From contig JAITVV010000060.1 of the NCBI GenBank assembly GCA_031285625.1, positions 1 to 59,912 on the forward strand: a stretch of 59,912 bases of DNA, written 5' to 3'. Positions 50,323 through 59,912 of this stretch are shown in pieces. Below the pieces are notes generated by a model. The model was given only the letters and a program-made list of their open reading frames with translations, did no database searches and was not told the origin of the DNA. Both the position numbers and the translations under genes were made by a program. Source of the DNA: Prevotella sp. (lineage in GTDB: Bacteria; Bacteroidota; Bacteroidia; Bacteroidales; Dysgonomonadaceae). The first letter of the stretch is position 1. Each line of letters opens with the position of its first letter.

Positions 50323-50406
50323 TTGTATAATTAAGACAAACCTTTTAGTATATTTGTACTAGAAGGTTTGCTTTATTTTTTATGAACTAACATATTAAGA
50401 TATATC

Positions 50407-51216
50407 ATGAGATTAATTATTCAACCGAATTACGAATTGCTTTCCCAATGGGCTGCAAATTATGTAGTGTCAAAGATCAATGCTGCAAATCCGACAACAG
50501 AAAAACCTTTCGTTCTCGGATTGCCAACAGGCTCATCACCAATGGGCATGTACAAAGCACTGATTAAACATTATCAGGAGAAGAAGGTTTCATTTCGTCA
50601 TGTGATTACCTTTAATATGGATGAATATGTAGGGTTACCTCAGGATCATCCTCAAAGTTATCATACTTTCATGTGGAATAATTTCTTTAGCCATATAGAT
50701 ATCGATGCTGCTAATGTAAATATTCTGAATGGGAATGCTCCTGATCTGGATGCCGAATGCGCTGCTTATGAAGATAAAATGAAAACAGTGGGTGGTATTG
50801 ACCTATTCTTAGGCGGTATTGGTCCTGATGGTCATATTGCGTTTAACGAGCCCGGATCATCTCTATCTTCCCGTACCCGTATCAAAACTTTGACACAGGA
50901 TACTATAATTGCAAATTCCAGATTCTTTGATAATGATGTAAATAAAGTACCGAAGACTTCTGTAACAGTCGGCGTGGGTACTATCCTTGATGCAAAAGAA
51001 GTTCTTATCATGGTGAATGGACACAACAAAGCAAGAGCTCTAGCTCAGGCAGTAGAAGGTTCTATCAACCAGATGTGGACAATCACTGCTTTGCAGCTGC
51101 ATCCTAAAGGAATCATTGTCTGTGACGAAATAGCAACTTATGAATTGAAAGTTGGTACATATAATTATTTCAAGGACATTGAAGGTAAAAATCTGAATCC
51201 GGATAGTTTATTATAA
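50407..51216 (+). CDS. nagB: Glucosamine-6-phosphate deaminase
   Basis: [15 protein letters not shown] and [15 protein letters not shown] motifs. Confidence 0.97.
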   Translation: MRLIIQPNYELLSQWAANYVVSKINAANPTTEKPFVLGLPTGSSPMGMYKALIKHYQEKKVSFRHVITFNMDEYVGLPQDHPQSYHTFMWNNFFSHIDIDAANVNILNGNAPDLDAECAAYEDKMKTVGGIDLFLGGIGPDGHIAFNEPGSSLSSRTRIKTLTQDTIIANSRFFDNDVNKVPKTSVTVGVGTILDAKEVLIMVNGHNKARALAQAVEGSINQMWTITALQLHPKGIIVCDEIATYELKVGTYNYFKDIEGKNLNPDSLL

Positions 51217-51242
51217 TTTGAATTTGATAGATACAGAATAGG

Positions 51243-51272
51243 GCTGTGTACAAAGTGTACACAGCTTTTTTT
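51243..51272 (+). terminator. nagB terminator
   Basis: GCTGTGTACA-aag-TGTACACAGC followed by a T-tract. Confidence 0.8.
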
Positions 51273-51288
51273 GTTGTTCACAATTCTC

Positions 51289-52278
51289 TCAATCATATCC
51301 TATTATATTCTCTTCCTCCAATTCAAAATTATAACAACTCCCATAAGTCTCTGAGCGTATAGCATTTCCTTTTTCATTATAATATAGCCACTTACCGCAC
51401 TTATAAATATCGCTTTCACCAAATGATTTTACTTTTTCTATCGCCTTAATCTTACCATTCGGATAATACTGTTTTGTTGTGGCTATACTAAAGGTATGAT
51501 TATAACTAGTACCCCAATCAGGCATCAGATGTTCGTATGTTGCATGTTCTGTTTTGTGTCCTAAAGAATCGTAGCAAATAGTTTCTACAGATACACCACC
51601 GGCATACATATCCCCTTGTATGTGATATTCTTTCAGTTGACCGTTATTATAATAACTTTTATATGCTTTTCTAGGGTTTCCATAGCCTTGTCCATCTAAT
51701 GGCATTTGCCATTCTATAAGGGTGCCGTTAGCATTATAAGTACTCCATTCGCCATAATAGCCTTTATACATTTTGCCTTTCAGGTAGCTATCTTCGTCGG
51801 TATATGTTATATTCCCTATTTCTGTTTCCAGTCCATCTTTGCTATACATCACCAGAGAGTCTGTTCTTTTAAAGGTATCGGGCTCATCAGCAAACAGAGG
51901 GTCAATACGCCGGGTGTAAACTTTTGCCTTCAATTTACCGGACTCAAAGAAAGATTGATAACGCATTACGCCATATAAGGTCGAATCAACGTTATACACA
52001 ATATTCTCTAATTCCCCCGTAGGATAATATGTTTTATAGAAAGGTTGTCCTAACCCGATTCCTGATGTATATTTTATTGATTCGAGCTTATTATCTGATA
52101 TTCTAAAATAATAAATAGAATCATTCCCATAATGTAATTCTTTGTAATCATATGTAAGATGATGATAGTTTGAGAATACTACTTTGGGTAATATCTTTAA
52201 TATTTCATCCTCTTCCGTTTGATTACATGCTGTCAAAATAAATAGTAGAAGTACAGCGTATTTTATCCAGCTTTTCAT
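51289..52278 (-). CDS. Lipoprotein with MORN-variant repeats (YwqK-like)
   Basis: Lipobox LTAC; repeated YYPTGEL, FFESGKLK, YYNNGQLK, YYPNGKIK and GKWLYYNEKG. Confidence 0.75.
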   Translation of the reverse strand: MKSWIKYAVLLLFILTACNQTEEDEILKILPKVVFSNYHHLTYDYKELHYGNDSIYYFRISDNKLESIKYTSGIGLGQPFYKTYYPTGELENIVYNVDSTLYGVMRYQSFFESGKLKAKVYTRRIDPLFADEPDTFKRTDSLVMYSKDGLETEIGNITYTDEDSYLKGKMYKGYYGEWSTYNANGTLIEWQMPLDGQGYGNPRKAYKSYYNNGQLKEYHIQGDMYAGGVSVETICYDSLGHKTEHATYEHLMPDWGTSYNHTFSIATTKQYYPNGKIKAIEKVKSFGESDIYKCGKWLYYNEKGNAIRSETYGSCYNFELEEENIIGYD

Positions 52279-52374
52279 ATTTGCAAGTTTGTATATCCAA
52301 AGATGAATAATTTAATCAGAAAATGAAAATATTTTTATCAATATATAGGTAATTCGGAAATACTTTATTACATA

Positions 52375-52425
52375 AAAAAGTAACAAAAGAAAATAGGATA
52401 AAACCTGTTACTTTTGTCACTTTTT
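52375..52425 (+). repeat. Dispersed 9-mer element, copy C
   Basis: AAAAAGTAACA-N20-TGTTACTTT-TGTCACTTT-TT. Confidence 0.85.
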
Positions 52426-52444
52426 ACAATTTATATCTTTAGTA

Positions 52445-55270
52445 TTACTTTGTTACTTCATCTATCAGATAGAATATGGATTTAAAGTTGATGTCACTAT
52501 ACTCACTCATGCCTATTTCGCAAGTACGGCTTGTAGAATATCCATCTTTGCAATCGGCGGGGATCTGTTCATTCAGATGTCTTTGTCCGTGTGCATTCAA
52601 TTCGGGATATGTAAACCCTCTGTCACCTGCAAAACCGCAACAATTAGAGTCTACCAGAGCGACTTCTTTTGAGCACAGGTGAGCCAATTGCAATAATTTC
52701 TGTTCCATACCTATTTTCTTCACAGAACATACAGGGAATATGGTTACTATATCGCGAGGGTGTTTTACCTGAAGCTTTGGCATTACAAAATCAAGCATAA
52801 ACTCTATAGGGTCGTATATCCTTAAGGCCTGGTTTTGGTTAGCTTCATGGAAAGTATAGAAACACGGACTCATATCAAAAAGTATAGGATACTTCCCATT
52901 ATCGGAGGCCTTTAGCAATGCTTCTTCCAATTCCTTCGATTTGCGTGCTCCCTCTTCTTTTAAGCCTTTACTACTAAAAGCCATACCACAGCAAAGACTG
53001 TTGATACCTTCAGGATAAATTATTGTAAATCCGGCACGTTGCAGTAGTTCTTGCGTTTTCTTAGTTAGCTCCACATCATCTTTTTCATATCCTTTCGATT
53101 TTCCCATCGAACGGTTGATACACGAAGGAAAATAAACAACCCTATCTATCTGTCCCTCATTTATAATGCCTTCCTTAATTTTATGGGCGCCCTGAGGCAT
53201 ATCTTTATTCCATTTGGGAATAGTTTTAAATGAGGCTGTACGCATAGCTGATGCAATCCCTCCCATAAGAGTATCACCCAGGAGAGAATGGAAGAAATGT
53301 ACAAAGTTGAGACCACCCCTCAATACTGAAGTCGTGCCTGCCATACGGTTACCTATATAAGAAGCTACGCTTTTCGCCGTATCCGAAGACTGATCATGGC
53401 GCCAATCTTTTATAAACTTACCGGTATCTATCTTTACAGGACAAACAAGGCCACACAATCCGTCTGTAGCACAGGTCTCATCCGAATAGTACTTGGCATC
53501 ATGCAACATTTGCTTCAGGCGTGCAGGATCTTCTCCCAATGCTTTGAGCCGCGAGATTTCACGAGCTATAACTATACGCTGACGAGGAGATAAAGTAAGC
53601 CCTTCTGCCACGCAATTAGGTTCACAGAAGCCACATTCCATACATTTATCTATAATCTCATTTGCAGCTGGCAGCGGTTTAAGATTCTCCAAGTGTATCT
53701 TCGGATTTTGATTAATTATTACTCCCGGATTAATCAATTTATGCGGGTCAAATATATCTTTAATCCGAAGCATGATCTTATATGCAGCTTCTCCCCATTC
53801 TTTTTCTACAAACGGCGCCATATTGCGTCCTGTTCCATGTTCGGCTTTGAGTGAGCCATCAAACCTGTTGACAACAATATCTGCCAGTTCATCCATCATA
53901 TCCGCATATTTCTGTACTTCGCTAGGGCTGTTAAAATCCTGGGAAAATACAAGATGGAAATTTCCATCAAGGGCATGCCCGTATAGTACAGCATCAGCAT
54001 ATCCCGAACGTTTAAACAAGTCTTTCAAAGCTACACAGGCCTCGCCAATACGCTGTATAGGAAAAGCGACATCCTCAATCAGGCATGTAGTACCTGTTTT
54101 ACGTAGTCCCCCGATTGTCGAGAGAAGTCCTTTCCGGGCTTTCCAGTTGAAGTTATATTCTTTAGGATTGGAAGTAAATTTATAAGGCTGAATAGTCGAA
54201 ATAGACTCAATTGCTTTACGGATCACAGTCTCTTTTTCATCCATATCTTCTTGCTCATTTGCCTGTATCTCAACTAAAAGCAGACAGGCTGTTTCGGGCA
54301 ATGTACGGAAGTAATCAGGAGCATCGGGATCATCTTCAATGGAGCGGATAGAATCCCTATCGAGTAATTCTACTGCCGATACCGGAGTTTGTTTCAGCAT
54401 AGGGACAACATCACAGGCTTTCTCTATAGTATCATATATCATCAGGGTGCATGCCTTATATTTCTCATCCACCACAGTATGATAGGTTATATCTGAAGTG
54501 AAGGCCAGTGTTCCTTCCGAACCGATCATAAGATGTTTTATGATTTCGAACGGATCTTCGTAATCTACCAATGCATTGATACTGTATCCTGTAGTATTCT
54601 TTATTTTATATTTCTGTTTGATCCGTTCTGTTAATACAGCATCGGATTTTATATCATCCCTTAATTGCTCTATCTCTCGTATTATTTCGGGATGCTTCTC
54701 CCTGAAAGCTTTCTTACTCTGCTCATCCGATGTATCCAGTATTGTTCCGTCATACAGCACGATACGTATATCAGCTATAGTCTTATATGAATTCTGATCG
54801 GTACCGCAACACATACCGCTGGCATTATTTGCAGCTATCCCCCCTATCATTGCAGCATTAATCGAAGCCGGGTCGGGCCCGATTTTCCGACCGAAAGGTT
54901 GCAGGTGTATATTAGCCCGGACACCCGTAATACCGGGTTGCAGTTTTATTTTTAATGCTTCATCGTCGAGAATGGTATATTTTCTCCATTCATGGGTAGC
55001 CACCATCAGTACAGAATCGGTTATAGCTTGCCCCGACAAGCTTGTACCAGCTGCACGGTATGTCACCGGAATATTCAATTGTCCTGTTTGACGTATCACT
55101 TCTACTGCCTCCTCTTCGGTGTGTATCTGCACCACTATTTTAGGAATCAGGCGATAGAAACTTGCATCAGTTCCGTATGCCAGTAGCTGTAAAGGATTTG
55201 TAATAATACGTTTCGCAGGGATCGTCTTCGACAATCTTTCTTTTAATTGCTGATAATTAGCCGGTAGCAT
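52445..55270 (-). CDS. FAD- and Fe-S-containing D-lactate dehydrogenase (Dld-II type)
   Basis: RAAGTSLSGQ, GSEGTL, KAEHGTGRNM, CMECGFCEPNC and CCG domains. Confidence 0.88.
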   Translation of the reverse strand: MLPANYQQLKERLSKTIPAKRIITNPLQLLAYGTDASFYRLIPKIVVQIHTEEEAVEVIRQTGQLNIPVTYRAAGTSLSGQAITDSVLMVATHEWRKYTILDDEALKIKLQPGITGVRANIHLQPFGRKIGPDPASINAAMIGGIAANNASGMCCGTDQNSYKTIADIRIVLYDGTILDTSDEQSKKAFREKHPEIIREIEQLRDDIKSDAVLTERIKQKYKIKNTTGYSINALVDYEDPFEIIKHLMIGSEGTLAFTSDITYHTVVDEKYKACTLMIYDTIEKACDVVPMLKQTPVSAVELLDRDSIRSIEDDPDAPDYFRTLPETACLLLVEIQANEQEDMDEKETVIRKAIESISTIQPYKFTSNPKEYNFNWKARKGLLSTIGGLRKTGTTCLIEDVAFPIQRIGEACVALKDLFKRSGYADAVLYGHALDGNFHLVFSQDFNSPSEVQKYADMMDELADIVVNRFDGSLKAEHGTGRNMAPFVEKEWGEAAYKIMLRIKDIFDPHKLINPGVIINQNPKIHLENLKPLPAANEIIDKCMECGFCEPNCVAEGLTLSPRQRIVIAREISRLKALGEDPARLKQMLHDAKYYSDETCATDGLCGLVCPVKIDTGKFIKDWRHDQSSDTAKSVASYIGNRMAGTTSVLRGGLNFVHFFHSLLGDTLMGGIASAMRTASFKTIPKWNKDMPQGAHKIKEGIINEGQIDRVVYFPSCINRSMGKSKGYEKDDVELTKKTQELLQRAGFTIIYPEGINSLCCGMAFSSKGLKEEGARKSKELEEALLKASDNGKYPILFDMSPCFYTFHEANQNQALRIYDPIEFMLDFVMPKLQVKHPRDIVTIFPVCSVKKIGMEQKLLQLAHLCSKEVALVDSNCCGFAGDRGFTYPELNAHGQRHLNEQIPADCKDGYSTSRTCEIGMSEYSDINFKSIFYLIDEVTK

Positions 55271-55442
55271 GATATTTAGTTTTTTTATTTATCTATATAG
55301 GAAACAGCTTGCATAAAACCAATGCAAGGTATAAAATAAAGTGAAAAGTAGAAAGAGAAAAGGCATAACTAGATTGGTATGCTAATTAAAATTCGTAAAA
55401 ATCACCTAATATATTAAGAGCTCTTTGGTATATTTGGAATAT

Positions 55443-55508
55443 AAATAGTAAGAGGGAATACTAATAAAGAAATGTTACTTTTGCTACTTTTGCTACTTTT
55501 GTTACTTT
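55443..55508 (+). repeat. Dispersed 9-mer element, copy E, with four tandem units
   Basis: AAATAGTAAGA-N19-TGTTACTTT-TGCTACTTT-TGCTACTTT-TGTTACTTT. Confidence 0.8.
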
Positions 55509-55528
55509 CTGATTTTACTGGTTAAATT

Positions 55529-56377
55529 ATGGAACATTTAAAAATAAAAACATTAGAAAGCATAAGCACAACAGATATACTGGGATGCTTCAATGCAGCA
55601 TTCTCAGATTATCAAACACCGACACATCTGGCTTTACACCAGCTTGAAAATAAAATGAAGAGTGAAAATGTTCTTGGCGAATATTCCATTGGCGTCTTCG
55701 ACAATGAACGTTTAGTCGGTTTTATCCTTCACGGATATGATATAATTAAAGATAAAAAAGTCTTATATAACGCGGCTACAGGGGTTATCCCCGAGTACAG
55801 AGGGCAGAAATTGACAGGAAGGATGTACTCTTTCGGGCTACCTGAATTCAAAAGAGCAGGAATAGAGAGCATCCGGCTGGAAGTAATAACTGAAAACCTA
55901 CGTGCACACAAAGTATACAAACGTATAGGATTTGAGGAAAGACGCACATTATGCTGTTATAAAGGTACCGTACATGCCTCTCCAACGCAAACAGAGAAAT
56001 CTATCAAAAGAGTAAAATCATGTAATTGGGATAAACTGAAAAGCTTTTGCATATCAGAACCCACATGGCAAAACTCTACTGAATCGATATCCCGTAGCGC
56101 AGGAGACACTGAAATATGGGGTATTTATGATAATGATAAACTTATAGCATACCTGGCGTGTATTCCTGAAAGAAAAAGGATTCTGTTATTCGCTGTAAAA
56201 CCGGAGTACAGGAAACAAGGGCTGGGATCTTCCCTTTTTGGATATATCGCCTCGCTCTATGGCCCGGAACTCAGTGTAGTGAATGTGGATATAAATGATA
56301 CGGTTACGAATAGTTTTCTCGGTTCTATTGGTTTATCCGAATTTCTCAGGCAATATGATATGTGTCTGGTACTCTGA
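55529..56377 (+). CDS. Tandem GNAT acetyltransferase
   Basis: Two acetyl-CoA binding motifs: VIPEYRGQKL and VKPEYRKQGLG. Confidence 0.88.
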   Translation: MEHLKIKTLESISTTDILGCFNAAFSDYQTPTHLALHQLENKMKSENVLGEYSIGVFDNERLVGFILHGYDIIKDKKVLYNAATGVIPEYRGQKLTGRMYSFGLPEFKRAGIESIRLEVITENLRAHKVYKRIGFEERRTLCCYKGTVHASPTQTEKSIKRVKSCNWDKLKSFCISEPTWQNSTESISRSAGDTEIWGIYDNDKLIAYLACIPERKRILLFAVKPEYRKQGLGSSLFGYIASLYGPELSVVNVDINDTVTNSFLGSIGLSEFLRQYDMCLVL

Positions 56378-56425
56378 TAATACACCTACATTATACTTTA
56401 CAAATACAAAATTATAAAAGCTATT

Positions 56426-57007
56426 ATGGATTTTCTACAATGTATGGACAACTTTCCATGGAACAGGTTTGCAACAGTTTACGAAACGAGTTCCAAATGT
56501 TTAAAAGACCCTTTTATTAAGATATTTAAGGGAGATGGCGAAGCTTCAGATTACAAATTTATTATTGACAGGCTCGAACATCAGGAAACCCTATATAGAA
56601 TCACCCCTTGGGGATTGAAGTTCTATATTTGTTTACTTGAAGAAGGAGATGCAGATAGAAATTCTATATTACAAAATATAAAGATACTTTTTGAAGCAGC
56701 TAACTATGATTGCCAGGTGAATACAGCAATGGCATATAAGCCGACAAAAGGCAATCTGGCAAAAGCTGAAATAATAAAACAAAAACTATTCGATGATGAT
56801 TTCGATGGGAAGATGGACACTGATTTTCTGAAAATATTCAAATCCATAGACCGCAATTTTATGCAGATATTTATAATGGAGTTTATACAGCAAAAGAAAC
56901 AATTATTGGAGGAATACACTAGTTCAACAAATAGTAATATTTCAGCAAATGCAACAGCCTTAATAAATTCTATTAACAATCCAAAAGAATATAAATTTGG
57001 AAAATAA
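56426..57007 (+). CDS. Hypothetical helical protein
   Basis: 193-aa ORF containing PWNRFATVY and EHQETLYRITP; function unknown. Confidence 0.7.
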   Translation: MDFLQCMDNFPWNRFATVYETSSKCLKDPFIKIFKGDGEASDYKFIIDRLEHQETLYRITPWGLKFYICLLEEGDADRNSILQNIKILFEAANYDCQVNTAMAYKPTKGNLAKAEIIKQKLFDDDFDGKMDTDFLKIFKSIDRNFMQIFIMEFIQQKKQLLEEYTSSTNSNISANATALINSINNPKEYKFGK

Positions 57008-57192
57008 AGACGGCTAGATAGAAAACGAAAACAAAGATTGATGGATAAATACTCAGGTATTAAAATATTTGTTTCAATCACGAAATTATTAAATTAAATA
57101 AACTATGTGAAATTCAAGATATAGAGATTATATTTCCGCTATTTTATTTATTAAATACAAGAAAAAAGACTAATTTTGTTGGTCAAATTTAA

Positions 57193-58536
<1,344 letters not shown>

Positions 58537-58563
58537 GAAGTATATTTCTTAATATATGAAAAA

Positions 58564-58597
58564 ACCGATACTCATATGAGTATCGGTATTTTATTTT
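58564..58597 (+). terminator. eno terminator
   Basis: ACCGATACTCATATGAGTATCGGT palindrome followed by a T-rich tract. Confidence 0.75.
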
Positions 58598-58672
58598 CTC
58601 ATAAATCTGCTTATATTTGTGCTACTACAAACAATTTGTCAAATTACCACTCATTGGTAATTAATGTAGCTT

Positions 58673-59707
58673 ATGAAATATATTCGTATTATCCTTTTTC
58701 TATTATTTATCTTAACCAGTATCCCTGGCTATTCTCAGAACAATAAAGACACTCCACGCAACGGTGAGGGAGTCCGCGCCTTTCTCCAACGAAATAAGCG
58801 CACTCAAGAAGGTCACTATACAGAATTCCTAAAATTAAACAAAGGTAAATTTGGGAAGGGTAATACACTATTAAAAGGCGTAAAGTATACTTTGCCCCCT
58901 ATATCGAAAATAAAGGAAGATAAGACAGATAATATAAAAGAGACAGCTAAAGCACAAACTGGGAAAAAGCGGAAGAACAAGCTTTTCGGAAAAAAATATG
59001 AAGATTACACTATAAAGTCTGACCGTCTAAAAGGCGCCTGTTTTTTTCTTTCAAGCGGACATGGCGGACCGGACTGTGGTGCCATCGGGAGAGTAGACGG
59101 ACGGGTGCTTCACGAAGACGAATATGCATACGATATAACATTACGTCTGGCCCGTGCCTTAATGGAAGAGGGTGCCACTGTACATATGATCATCCAGGAT
59201 GCAAAAGACGGCATCAGAGATGACAGATATCTGGCGAATAGTAATCGTGAAACTTGTATGGGAGCCGCCATCCCCCTCAATCAGGTAAAAAGGTTAAAGC
59301 AAAGAAGCGATAAGATAAACAGTCTAAGTAAAAAATCAAAAGAAAGATATAAACGGGCAGTCTTTATACATCTGGACAGCCGTAGTAAGAAGCAACAGTT
59401 AGATGTGTTTTTCTATCATGCTGAAAAAAGTGTAGAAGGCAAAAGACTAGCAAATACAATGAGGGAAACATTTAACGATCAATATAACAAACATCAGCCA
59501 AGCCGGGGATTTACAGGAACAGTGACTTCACGTAGCCTCTATGTTTTAAATAACTCTACACCTGTTGGTATCTTTGCTGAACTTGGGAACATTCAGAACA
59601 CCTTTGATCAACGTCGTTTTTTAGAATATGATAACAGGCAGGCATTAGCAAACTGGATGTGCAGAGGATTTATAAGGGATTATGAGAATTCGAAAAAGAA
59701 AAAATAA
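58673..59707 (+). CDS. N-acetylmuramoyl-L-alanine amidase (Amidase_3)
   Basis: Signal peptide; SGHGG, HEDE, FIHLD and AELGN motifs. Confidence 0.88.
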   Translation: MKYIRIILFLLFILTSIPGYSQNNKDTPRNGEGVRAFLQRNKRTQEGHYTEFLKLNKGKFGKGNTLLKGVKYTLPPISKIKEDKTDNIKETAKAQTGKKRKNKLFGKKYEDYTIKSDRLKGACFFLSSGHGGPDCGAIGRVDGRVLHEDEYAYDITLRLARALMEEGATVHMIIQDAKDGIRDDRYLANSNRETCMGAAIPLNQVKRLKQRSDKINSLSKKSKERYKRAVFIHLDSRSKKQQLDVFFYHAEKSVEGKRLANTMRETFNDQYNKHQPSRGFTGTVTSRSLYVLNNSTPVGIFAELGNIQNTFDQRRFLEYDNRQALANWMCRGFIRDYENSKKKK

Positions 59708-59767
59708 CAGAGTTAGTCTTTTCTTAGAAAATTATCTATACTATATGCGATATATCTTTGTCAAAAT

Positions 59768-59815
59768 AAAAAGTAACAATAAAAACGGTAAAGAAGCTGT
59801 TACTTTTGACAAGTT
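59768..59815 (+). repeat. Dispersed 9-mer element, copy D
   Basis: AAAAAGTAACA-N19-TGTTACTTT-TGACAAGTT. Confidence 0.8.
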
Positions 59816-59912
59816 TCTTTAATTTTCATCCGACTGATTACTAACATATTAATCCGGCTATAACATTCCTGTACTACAACGTATACTACACAGGGGGCAA
59901 TTATTATAAAAA

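Noticed and set aside
52375-52425. 9-mer element as a classic Bacteroides invertible promoter
   Set aside because: Only 19-20 nt lie between the inverted arms, too short to hold an invertible promoter, and no recombinase is adjacent.
55473-55508. CRISPR array
   Set aside because: 9-bp tandem units without spacers; no cas genes.

Overview
About 60 kb of AT-rich chromosome from a member of the Bacteroidales. Gene content, TAnnTTTG promoter boxes and gene order suggest a Dysgonomonas-like organism (inference). Most of the window is housekeeping: spt, dxr, rseP, metF, holB, ricT/PSP1, gldH, rnhB, a THUMP methyltransferase, asd, tRNA-Ser(GCT), miaB, pabB/pabC, clpB, obgE, adk, hpt, rnr, tsaB, recG, nagB, a D-lactate dehydrogenase, eno and an amidase. 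Single orphan or accessory genes are interspersed, with a small accessory cluster after tRNA-Ser. I saw no integrase, transposase, phage structural gene or CRISPR array. The most notable unexplained signal is a dispersed intergenic element with fixed architecture: AAAAAGTAACA, a 19-20 nt A-rich spacer, then 2-4 copies of a TGTTACTTT-like 9-mer. It occurs as five full copies and one half copy, often next to orphan genes. Also notable are a second palindromic repeat family, a metallothionein-like extension on RicT, several enzymes that appear to have lost catalytic residues (M23, a NagB domain, two dehydrogenases), and a likely NagA-independent GlcNAc pathway. All product calls come from motif recognition; no database searches were run.
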